NCBI GenBank assembly: GCA_043228905.1
Contig: JBHGNT010000006.1
Span: 17,112,001 to 17,176,000, forward strand
Reading direction: 5' to 3'
Source: Azolla caroliniana
Taxonomy: Eukaryota > Plantae > Polypodiophyta
DNA: 64,000 nucleotides
A program made the position numbers and the translations under genes. Shown piece after piece: positions 1 through 10,619 of this stretch. The number at the start of each line of letters is the position of its first letter. Position 1 is the first letter of the stretch. The notes beneath the pieces were generated by a model that saw nothing but the letters and a program-made list of their open reading frames with translations, did not search any database and was not told where the DNA came from.

Positions 1-1208
1 GTCTTGAATCACTTCTATGAGAATCAAACACAAAAATGGGAAGTAGTAAGTGAACGCACTTACACACACAGAAAATGACAGAGGATGCACAAGATGTTTA
101 CACGGAAAACCATAATAGGGAAAAACCATGGTGTCGTGATGTTTTGTGTCCAATGGGAGAAATTGTGAAATAGTGTGGCTCCACACACATGATTATAAAT
201 ATGAAAATTAGCCTAGGGTCTAATGACATTCAAGTGCATATAGAAGGGTGCAAGCAAGATTTGAACCTTGCACTTCTAAGATAGGAAGCAATTATCTTTC
301 CACTAAAGCTACTACTAAGTGCTTTAGATTTTGTATATTTCCTTCTCATATTTAGTATTCCAGAGGAAACAAACATACAAAACCGTGTACACAAAACCAT
401 GGTTTTAGCCTATGGTTTTGTGCATCCCACAAGGAAAACCGTGCGCCCGAAAACCATGGGTTCAAGCCCATGGTTTTGTGCATGTTAGAAGGATAGATAA
501 ACCTATAAAAACCCTCGTAAGGCTTGTGTAATGGGGGGGGGGGATCAATCAATGGATGAATCAAACAATCTATGTATCAAATCGAAAATTAATAATAAGA
601 ATACTTAGTTATCTTATTGGTGATGTGTATCTATCTACCTATCTATCTTAAAAACTTCCTCAATTTTTGTTTCTCTCTCTCTCACTCTAACCACATTAGT
701 GCGTCACTTCAGCCGCCCATCCTCCATAACCACTAGCGGATAGAGGCCCGGTGCTTGTCCGCGCTTGTGACGCGCACATTCCGAAATTTGGCACATGTGT
801 CACGCGCCACACGACAACGGGAGCCCATAGACTCCAAACTATCACTATATATGGAAGGTACAAACAGAGACTCAAAGGCAACGACCTCGAGCTCTGTATC
901 TTCGCCAGCCGGCGGTTACAACAGAGCATCGCTCAATCTCTCTCTCTCTCTCTGTACAACAGTTGTACACATACAACAATATGACAACAACCACACTAAA
1001 GTGATTGCCCTAAGTCATATTTATACTTATATGAACTTCGAGCTATTTACAAATATAGCCTCAATAGGCTTACTGAAAACATATTTACAAATATGTCTTC
1101 TCTTCCTGTTCTCACTGGGTCTCCTCCGGTTTCCGGATCTCTTCCGGTTCTCACCAGGTCCTCTTCATTCATAACCGGATCTTTTCCGGAGGGACCGATT
1201 TCCCAACA
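1..1208 (-). repeat. Copia family-A LTR, truncated by the window start and interrupted by a solo LTR at 132-816; inserted into Copia A1
   Basis: Aligns by eye to the LTRs at 1975-2580 and 39496-40101 and ends TTCCCAACA at 1208. No PPT follows, so it is a 5' LTR or a solo LTR. Confidence 0.9.
132..816. mobile_element. Solo LTR with TGTCGTG...CACGACA termini and a 4-bp TSD (ATGG/ACGG)
   Basis: 7-bp inverted termini. Removing it restores AAAACC-ATGG-GAGCCC, as seen in the uninterrupted LTR at about 39655-39670. Confidence 0.85.
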
Positions 1209-1974
1209 CATCGATAGTCTTGACCGTAAGGAGGTTCGGTTTTGTTTGCCGGCCAAGCAATCGGTGCACCTCTAAGGTTGCACGTCCTTAACCGGAATAA
1301 GATTATCTTAGGCAAGCCTCTTCATCCCCTTCTCCCTCATGTGACATAGTCTTTTCTGCCACAGCTCACCGGTAGTGTCGGATGCTACGTTCACTTCTTC
1401 CCAGCATATCTAGTCATGCATCAGATACAACGTGTTGACCTTCCGGGCTCGTGCCAGTATTAGGCTCTCACTGGTGAACTTCATAACTCCTCCGAATGCT
1501 ACCCGTGTAGCCTTTATCATCTAGCCGACCGGCTGATATCAGGTTCAGTCGAACCTCCGAAACGTGTCAAATATTGTTCAGCAGCAACTTGCATCCGGTT
1601 GATGTTGTCAACAACACATTTCTTATGCCGACAATTCGGCATGTACCTTCATTCCCCATCTGGACACAAGCATGGTCACCAGTTGTGTAGCATGAGAAGC
1701 ATCTCCGCTACGGTGTTAGGTGGAACGATGCTCTGGAATCGAAAACCCATGTTGTCTCGTCGCCGACAAGGTTTAACTCATTCTCCTCAATGATGAGAAT
1801 CAGTTCTTCTTCACTTGTCACGATCGCCGACGTTCCCTTCCAATCCGAACCCTTCTTCGAATCGACATTGTCGGTTCCTTTCGTTTTCCGGAAATGTTGA
1901 CAGTTCTTTTGGAAGTGCCCTGGCTTCCCACAATAGAAGCAAGTAGGCGTCCCCCTTGAATTCGACCTCGTCCC
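1209..1974 (-). pseudogene. Copia A1 internal fragment: Gag zinc knuckle, protease, GAG-pre-integrase
   Basis: Translates to CFYCGKPGHFQKNC, TTWVFDSRASFH and CLAGKQNR, with frameshifts and stops. Confidence 0.9.
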
Positions 1975-2580
1975 TGAAGAGAATAGCGTGGAATATTGCT
2001 CAGCCACAACCGAGTCTTGAATCACTTCTACGAGAATGAAACACAGAAATGGGAAATAGAGAGTGAACGCACATACACACACACACAACGATAGAGAGGA
2101 CACTGGATGTTTACATAGAAAACCCTGAATGGGAAAAAACCATGGCAACCCACAGACATTAACTATCACTATGAAGAAAAAGGGTACAATCAGAGACTCG
2201 GAAGCCACTACCTCAAGCTCTGTATCTTCGCCAGGCGGCGGTTACAACAGAGTATCACTCTGTATCTCACTCTCTCCTCCCTATACAAAAGTTATATCAA
2301 CAACAATATGACAACAACTACAGAAAGCGATTGCCCTAAGTCATATTTATACTTATATGACCTTAGGGCTATTTACAAATGCAGCCTTTGTAGGGTTATT
2401 GAAAACATATTTACAAATATGTCTTCTCTTCCGGTTCTCACCGGGTCCATCCAATCCAAATTCCGGATCTCTTCCGGTTCTCACTGGGTCCACCCGATCC
2501 GGTTTCAGATCTCTTTCGGTTCTCACCGGGTCCTCTTCATTCATAACCGAATCCCATCCGAAGGGACTGATTTCCCAACA
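1975..2580 (-). repeat. A2 3' LTR
   Basis: TGAAGAG...TTCCCAACA on the plus strand, followed by ATCTCCCCCT (PPT AGGGGGAGAT on the minus strand). Confidence 0.92.
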
Positions 2581-2599
2581 ATCTCCCCCTGAACTCAGG

Positions 2600-3022
2600 C
2601 ATGGGGTGTTTCACCAGTCCGATCCGCTTTCCGCACACGTCTAGCTTGTCGGTTGTCAACACCTTGATCAGCACGAACTCTTGATTTTCTACTCTCTCTC
2701 GGATCCAGTGGTACCTTCGCTGGATATGTTTCGTCCAGGAATGGTAGGCCGCGTTGCTTGGAAGGTGGATGGCACTTTGACTATCGCAGTAGAGCCAGTA
2801 TTCCTCCTATTGGATTCCTAGCTCTCCGATGAAGTCTTTCACTTAGATTATCTCCTTGCCGGCTTCTACATCTGCCATGTACTCCGCCCCCGTGGTTGAC
2901 AATGCAAACGTCTTCTCCAGCCTTGACTTCCACGAAACAGCCCCCCCTGCATAAGTCATGACATATTCGGATGTAGACTGGCTGGTATCTGCATCAACCG
3001 ACATATCCGAATTGGTGAATCT
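2600..3022 (-). pseudogene. A2 RNase H fragment
   Basis: YAGGAVSWKSRLEK..ALSTTGAEYMA followed by a YCDSQSAIHL-type motif. Confidence 0.88.
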
Positions 3023-3536
3023 TGTTACCCCGTACGAGATGTACGGAGAGTCAAGTGTGATGATCGAGGGTCGAATGTTATCATGATGTTGTTGTGTATG
3101 TGTAGGAGGCATAAATGTAATTGTGAGTCGATACGTATGTGAACACATGCACAAGTGTGTGCATGTGGATGGATACGAGGAGGTGTGAGTGAGTGTCTAG
3201 TATGAATGCTCGAGGGGGCCTACACCCCTATGTATCTACCCCCTCTTGTACTATTTAACCCCTTATGGGGAATGAATGAAACATGAATGAACATTTCTCT
3301 CTAATCTCTCTCTTTGTCACCTTTTCTCTTCTCTCTCCCTCTCTCACGTTGAACCCCCTTGGGAGGGGGGTGGAACCATTCTAGGCACCACCCCCCCACC
3401 CTGCAATGCTTCTCTATATGATCTCTCTCACCATCATACTCTCCATCACCATGTCTATCTTCATTACCAATCATCATAGTTATCATTCATCATCATCATC
3501 GTCCTTAACCCTAACCCTAAAACGTACAACACCTTT

Positions 3537-3546
3537 TGGCGACCAC
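3537..3546 (+). promoter_or_regulatory. PBS of element B, probably tRNA-Arg
   Basis: TGGCGACCAC lies 5 nt after the 5' LTR and is complementary to a tRNA 3' end GTGGTCGCCA (plant tRNA-Arg type, from recall). Confidence 0.7.
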
Positions 3547-5404
3547 TAAGGCGATCCCCCTTTGGAGACGGAGTCGAAGAATGATACGTGGCGATGCAAG
3601 TCAGTAACGACAAAATATGCAAGAAATGGTGATGGTGATTGAAAGCCGTCGAGGAATGCAACAGGGTGATGTTCTGCGCAAGGAAGATGATGAATGTTAC
3701 ATGGTGATGATTTGCAAGAAATGGAATTGACAACAATAGGCAAAAAATGGCGACCATGATGTGCATGAGAAGCAAGAAATGACAGATTGATTATCCGTGC
3801 CATGATTCTGATACAAATTAATGTCTATACAAGTGTATTTTGTTTGACATGTGATTGGTCTTTTTGGCGTGGATCTAATCGCAAAGAAAGTAGAAAAAAG
3901 CAAGGGAGAAATAAAGCCTATGATCTATGCGAGACCCAACCACCACATGTTGTATCTTCCAAAGATGCGAGAGTGCATTTCTATCCACATATGACCGGAC
4001 ACTCATGGCCAAAAAGCAAACGACTGGACCAAAGGGAATTGTTGGAACAAAGATGGAGAAGGCAATTAAGAAAGCGAAAGAAATACAAACCGACGCGGAA
4101 AGACACGACTAGTCAGATGGCTGGGAACAAGGAACCAAAAGTACAACCAAATGGGCAGAACTCGCCGGAATGGCCAGACAGCGGGCAAGAGTGGTCGGAG
4201 TGACCGGATAACAGCCGAAGTGTCTAAGTGGCCGGACAACAGTCGGAGCGACCGTAGAGAGGTTGGAATGGCCGAATAACGGCCAGACAGCGGCTGAAGA
4301 GCAACCGGGCAACAGTTTGAGCGGTTGGAGAGCGGTCGGAAGGGCCGGAAACCAGTTGGAATAACCGGATGCAGACAGGCGGCCGGGACGACGGACAACA
4401 ACCGAATTGACTGCCGGAAAACCGACCGGAACGAGCCAGACTAAGATGGCTCGAAGGCTAGAACACCGACAGAGACGGAGGAGAGGCCGGAGAGCAACCT
4501 AAGAGTGGTCGTAGTGGCTGAACAGCGCCAGAACGGAGGCAGCCAGACCAGACGACGCCGGACAACGACGAAGATGGAGACGGACAAACAGCGGGACGAC
4601 GGCCAAACAAAGATGATAGTCGAAATGTACAACCATGGCAATGGCAACGGCAACGGCAACGACCAGACGATGGGACATTGACACCGAAAAGCGACGTAGC
4701 CGGCAACAGAGCCGCCAAAAAGCGAAGGAGACAATGACAACGACGGAGAGGAGGTCGACGAGCGGAGGAAGAAATGGCTCGAAACGACACAGAAGAAGAA
4801 GAAGAAGAAACAGAGGGGAGAAAGAGATAACAAGATGAGCATGAACTAAGACAAATAGACAGAGATCAAATAGATTGGAAGAGGATGAAGAGGAAGATAG
4901 AAGCCTTTCTCTTGAAGAGAAGAAAGCTAACGAATCGCAAGAAGGTGGGAAGAAGAGAAAGATGCAGACAACGGCAAGAGAGAAACGTAAGAAGCAGAGA
5001 AGAAGACAAACACAAAAGCCAAGGAAAAACGACCTAAAAGCAAAACTCAAATCATAACAAAACCAAATAGAAATACGAGAGAGAGGGAAAAAAGGAGATG
5101 AGGGCATCCATAAAATTTTAAAAACATGAGGGTACAATATAACATTTTAAAAAACAAGAGGGCACCACCAAAATTTTGAAAATCCCCAAGACTACTCACA
5201 CACACTCAAAACAAAGGAAGAACATACATACACATGACATGATTTTGGACCCATGACAAAGTTCGTAAGCCGACAAAATGAGAATGTTCGTGTCGCGGAA
5301 AGATTTGCTGACTGACAAAGATGTTCGAGTCAAGCACTCTGATTGAGGGAGTCGATCGTTGAAAGGACCGATGGAAGTTCCGGTCAAAGAAATATCATCA
5401 TCAA

Positions 5405-5449
5405 GGCATGTGGGATCGACGTGCAAGGCACTTTCCCACGGGCGTGCCA
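5405..5449 (+). other. tRNA-3'-end-like structured motif at the PPT position of element B
   Basis: GGCATGTGGGATCGACGTGCAAGGCACTTTCCCACGGGCGTGCCA ends 5 nt before the 3' LTR and is homologous to 42614-42652 and 51090-51128 on the minus strand. Confidence 0.8.
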
Positions 5450-5967
5450 TATTGTGTTACCCCGTACGAGATGTACGGAGAGTCAAGTGTGATGATCGAG
5501 GGTCGAATGTTATCATGATGTTGTTGTGTATGTGTAGGAGGCATAAATGTAATTGTGAGTCGATACGTATGTGAACACATGCACAAGTGTGTGCATGTGG
5601 ATGGATACGAGGAGGTGTGAGTGAGTGTCTAGTATGAATGCTCGAGGGGGCCTACACCCCTATGTATCTACCCCCTCTTGTACTATTTAACCCCTTATGG
5701 GGAATGAATGAAACATGAATGAACATTTCTCTCTAATCTCTCTCTTTGTCACCTTTTCTCTTCTCTCTCCCTCTCTCACGTTGAACCCCCTTGGGAGGGG
5801 GGTGGAACCATTCTAGGCACCACCCCTCACCCCGCAATGCTTCTCTATATGATCTCTCTCACCATCATACTCTCCATCACCATGTCTATCTTCATTACCA
5901 ATCATCATAGTTATCATTCATCATCATCATCGTCCTTAACCCTAACCCTAAAACGTATAGCAAATCT

Positions 5968-6302
5968 GTCAAGTTGGGGATTTCTGGAGCCCAACCGGAG
6001 GCACATACTTGAGGAACCTTTCAGATACCAGAGTATCCACTTGACTGCATTGTAGTGCTCTCTTTTGGGACTGCTCATGAACTGACTCTCCACTCCGACT
6101 GCATATTTGATATCCGGCCGGGTACATACCATCGCGTACATCAAGCTTCTGACGATAGAGGCATATGGAATCTTCATCATATCCGTCTTCTCCTCCTTTG
6201 TCCTCGGACTTTGTTTGCTGGATAGCTTGTAGTTTGCCAGAAGTGTTGATCCGACTGGCTTTGCTTCCGACATGTTGAACCGTTGAAACACCTTTCTTAT
6301 GT
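5968..6302 (-). pseudogene. A2 reverse transcriptase, C-terminal part
   Basis: KIPYASIVRSLMYAMVCTRPDI..AVKWILWYLKG. Confidence 0.9.
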
Positions 6303-6407
6303 TGTCGCGGTATTCCTCAAGTATGTGTCGAAAGGGGCACAAACTAGAACGATTCCGGACGCGTACTGGAGGCTATTGAATATGAGAGAGGAAGAGAGAG
6401 AGAGAGA

Positions 6408-6468
<61 letters not shown>

Positions 6469-7052
6469 CGTGCAACACGGACTCAACACACGCTACTTAT
6501 GTACAAAAAAGGAAAGAAGAAACTCTGAAGATGCAGACAAAGACATAGATGCACAAAACTTCATTATATATGTACAAGAGTAAGATACAACCCCAGCTTC
6601 TAGCCGGACCAAGGTAGGTTAGCTTACAACAACAGTCTACTGCCAAGTCGTCGATCGGGGAGCTCTTGGGCTCATCGTGCCGAGCGGGGTCTTGCACAGG
6701 AGACAAGGCAGAAGCCTAAACACCTTTAGAGATAGGAGCTCCTAACCGGACTAAACCCTAAACAGACACGAAGACTCAACCCACACGACGACAAAGAAGA
6801 AGAAGAACTCGAAGAACTCTTACAGAAAACAAGAAAGTAAGAAGAAGAAAGATTATCATACCTTGGACCTAATGGTATACCCTCCTAACTCAAAATGGGC
6901 AACCCTTTTACAAGGGACCCCTCCCTTCCTTTTATAGCCCAAGGAGGAAGGGACGTTACACCATTTTCCTACTATACATCTGCACATGTTGCACATTGCC
7001 GACTTGCCCATTCCATCCCGGTTTCACACCAAAGCTAGAAATCTTCACAACA
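6303..7052. mobile_element. Solo LTR (TGTCGCG...CACAACA) with a 4-bp TSD (ATGT/ACGT)
   Basis: Removing it restores the RT peptide SQEKY-IRKV. Contains a long GA repeat. Confidence 0.85.
6383..6464 (+). repeat. (GA)n microsatellite
   Basis: Read directly from the sequence. Confidence 0.95.
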
Positions 7053-7056
7053 ACGT

Positions 7057-8934
7057 ACTTCTCCTGTGACAACCAGAACAGCTTCTTCGACCGGTCCCGG
7101 ATGATGTCCATTCCCAATATCTGTCTTGTCGGGCCTAAGTCTTTCATTTAGAAGGTTCGGTTCAAATCCTTCTTCATCATCTGAATCTTGTCTTGGTCTC
7201 GTTTGATGATAAACATATCATCCACATATAGGAGGAGTATCAAGAAATCTCCTCCGTCAAATTTCTTCACAAACACGCAGTGATCGGCCTGCGTCTTGTG
7301 GTACCCTTTGTCGGTCATGAAGGAGTCGAACTTCTGGTACCATTGTTGAGGAGATCGCTTCAGTCCGTATAAGCTCTTCTTCAGCTGGCACACCGGGTGC
7401 TTCTTACCTTTCTTCTCAAATCCTTCCGGTTGATGCATGTAAACCTCCTCTTCGTGGTCATCATGGAGTAATGTCGTCTTGACGTCGAGTTGCTCTACCT
7501 CGAGGTCCATGCTTGTCGCTATGCTCAATACCGTCTGGATGGATGTCACGTTTACTACCGGGGCAAAGATCTCGTCGAAATTCACTTCTTTCTTCTACTA
7601 GAACCCCTTCACTACGATCCGGGCTTTGTATCTCGGTGGGTTTCCAACATCTCCCGGTTTTAGCTTGTACACCCACTTGTTCCGGAGTGCCCTCTTTCCT
7701 TTCGGCAACTTCGTCAATTCATATGTGTGGTTCTCATGCAGGGAATCCATCTCGTCCTGCATGACACTCAACCACTTGCGGTCATGGGTGTCTTTCTTTG
7801 CTTCTTCGAAGCTTTTCGGCTCCCCCTCATCAGTTAGCAACACATGCTCTGCATCTGGAAATCTCCGGGGGGCTCTTCTCTCTCGGAGAGGGTATCTCCA
7901 TCCTTGGTTTCTGACTACCGGTTCCTCCATTTGTTCTGAATCCGAATCCAATTCGGGATCTTGTCCGGTTCTGCTGTTTTCTTCTTCTTCGGTCGGTTTG
8001 GTTTCTTGTCCGTATCCGTCCGGTTTGTCGAGTGTCATCCAATTACCGTCCAACATCCGCTTTTCAACCGGGTAAGTCCTTGTGTCCTCAAGTTGGTTTT
8101 CATTGGATGATCCAGAGTTCATCACCTTCTTCTCCGACTCCCAGTCGGCAATGGTCTTGTCTTCCATGACGACTATGTCCCGACTCCGAAACACCTTCTT
8201 GTCGACCAGATCCCACACCCGGTAACCAAATTTATCATCGCCATATCCAAGGAATATGCATGGCTAGCACTTCCAATCCAGCTTTTCTCTCTTGTCCTTC
8301 GCCACATGCACATAACCGAGACATCTGAACACCTTTTGCTGCCGGTAGGACACGTCCTTACCGGTTCATACTCTTTGTGGTGTGTCTCTGTCCATGGGTA
8401 CTAAGGGTGATCTGTTTATCACATAGGTCGTTGTTGTCAGCGCCTCAGCCCAAAACGTCTTGGGTAACTTGGCATGTGCAAGCATGCTCCGGTTCCTCCT
8501 TTCGGCCAACCTGTTTAGTTTCGGCGTCTTCGGCACGGTAAATTCGAGCCGAATTCCCTTCGACCAATAGTACTCCTCGAACTGCCCCCGATATTCTCCT
8601 GCTCGGTATTCACCTCTGTTGTCCTGCTCAAACCTCCTTCAACTTCCGACCGGTTTCTCTCTCCACTCTCATGTGGAACTCCTTGAAGACGGATAACACC
8701 TAATCCTTCGTCTTCAACGGTGAGAACCACAACTTCCGGCTGTGGTCATCTATGAACGTCACGAAGTACTGCAATCCGGCATGTGACTTCGTGTCCACTT
8801 GACACACATCGGTATGCACCAACTCTAGTGGTGCATTCCGTCTCATCTATGGACTTGATCGGAAGGAGGTTTGGTTTTGTTTTCCGGCCAAGAAATCGGT
8901 GCACTTCTCAAGTTGCACGTCCTTCACCGGAATA
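7057..8934 (-). pseudogene. A2 integrase and reverse transcriptase
   Basis: KWVYKLK..RYKARIVVKGF, QLDVKT, LKKSLYGLK, LLYVDDM; integrase core with stops. Confidence 0.92.
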
Positions 8935-9419
8935 TGTCATGATATGGCAAGACTCGAACCCATGACCTTATGCTACATGGGTCGAGCTCTTACCATTAGA
9001 CTATGAATTGTATTTTGTAGGATATTATTTTCATTTATGTTTTATCATAGAAAATTGATGTATATTCCAGATCTCTCTGGAACATTCTAGAAGCTTCAGG
9101 ATTATTCCTAAAAACACTATAAAAGGAGGCACAAGGCATTGTTTTGAACCAAATTGGTTCAACACCAGTCTTAAGCCTCTTAGCCAATTTTTACTTATCT
9201 TTCATATAATATAAGAGCTGCTGTCATCATCCTATTTCTCTCTCTCTCTCCTTTTCTCACTTCCTCTCTCTCGGGAATCTTACGCAGTCCCGTCCTCTTA
9301 GTACTAATAGTACTACTCTTCTTAGTACTAATTCCATCTCTGCTTTAGTACTATTCCTGACAGTTTGAACCATTAGTACTTGTCATTCTCCCTCATCCTC
9401 CTATCCTTTTCCCCCTACT

Positions 9420-10577
9420 ATGGCTATTGTTAGCGCCCAAGAATATCAATCCGTTTTCTCCGAGTTACAGTGCCTAAAAGAAAAATTTGTTGCCCTAGAA
9501 CAAGAAAACCAACGGCTGATAGGGGATCTGCAGCAAATCGCTCTAGAAAAGCAACAAACGCAGCAACAACATGGGGAGTTAGCGTTACGGGTGCAACAAC
9601 TCGAAGTGGCATTGCAACAACAAGGATCAAGTCCCCAAGGATTTCATAAAGAGCCGAAGATTGGACTTCCTGTGAAATTTGATGGAACGCGATCGCAATT
9701 CAGGGGATTCCTTAATCAGGTACGATTAGTCCTCCAAATGCATCCTTCCCGATACCCCACTGATGCATCCCGAGTCGGCTTAATAGGCACGTTGCTTAGC
9801 GGCTCAGCCTTAGCATGGTTCGCTCCGCTTCTAGAAAAACAATCGCCCTTGCTTAATAACTTTGAAGATTTTATTACTGAGTTCAAAGCCTGCTTTGGAG
9901 ACACCGACAACATCAGGACGGCGATCAACAAGATCCGGCGATTGCGTCAAGGCGATCGTCCAGCCTCTGCCTATGCGGCGGATTTCTGCCTACTCGCTTC
10001 CGACATAGCCTGGGATGATCAAGCACTAATGGAGCAGTTTCGCTATGGCCTGCGAAATTATGTCAAAGATCTACTTCTAACCTTCCCCGAAGAACCAAAG
10101 TCTCTTACGGAGGCAATCAGTTGAGTGGTCCAATGTGACAACCGCCTCTTCGAACGGCGTTCGGAACGTCAATTACATATACCACGCGCTAGGCCGGAGC
10201 CCACTTACGCTGCAGTCGCGGCTAGACCATTTGCACGAGACATTCCTCAAGCAAATACTTCGACACCGATGGAGATCGATACCATGCGTCGACGCGGCCC
10301 GTTATCGGAAGAAGAAAAGCAACGACGACGTGCAAATCGATTATGTCTTTATTGCGGTGGACCAGGGCATATCGCAATCAATTGTCCCCATAGGCCAAGA
10401 AGACAGGTAAATCATATTGTAGCCTGTACTAAACCCGAGTCAATTCTTCCCTTAGGAGTGTCTGATAGTATTAATAGTACTAATAGAGTGTTTGATAGTA
10501 TTCATAGTACTAATAGCCCAAGTATCTCAAATAAATTTGAAATCCTTAGTCAATTAGATGAAGAGTTAAACGATTGA
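9420..10577 (+). pseudogene. gag: Element D gag, with one in-frame TGA at 10122-10124
   Basis: EPKIGLPVKFDG capsid motif, PMEID, zinc knuckle CLYCGGPGHIAINC. ORFs 9420-10124 and 10125-10577 are in the same frame. Confidence 0.9.
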
Positions 10578-10619
10578 GTCCAGCCAAAATAGGAGCCGTT
10601 TGGTTGGACAGCAACCCTA
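10565..10619 (+). promoter_or_regulatory. Putative -1 ribosomal frameshift signal of D
   Basis: G TTA AAC in gag phase, 6-nt spacer, stem GTCCAGCCAAA/TTTGGTTGGAC, loop TAGG pairing with CCTA. pol is in the -1 frame. Confidence 0.7.

Larger units (their letters stand above)
3023..5962 (+). mobile_element. Non-autonomous LTR element B (LARD/TRIM-like): LTRs 3023-3531 and 5455-5962, 1.9-kb non-coding interior
   Basis: Near-identical ~509-bp LTRs starting TGTTACC, perfect TSD AATCT/AATCT, PBS TGGCGACCAC at 3537-3546, no retroelement protein motifs inside. Confidence 0.92.

Noticed and set aside
3505-3521. Telomere remnant TAACCCTAACCCTAA
   Set aside because: Only about two units, present in both B LTRs; at most a telo-box-like promoter motif.
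3787-5137. ORFs of 110-212 aa in the interior of B
   Set aside because: Low-complexity products of GA-rich and CCGG repeats on both strands, with no recognisable domain.
3023-5962. Retrozyme (hammerhead-bearing non-autonomous element)
   Set aside because: I found no CTGATGA..GAAA hammerhead core with flanking stems in the LTRs.
8945-9004. True tRNA genes at the A/B-box sites (also 254-311, 12959-13011, 26276-26322, 54082-54136, 56904-56960)
   Set aside because: No acceptor or anticodon stems could be folded; only the promoter boxes are retained.
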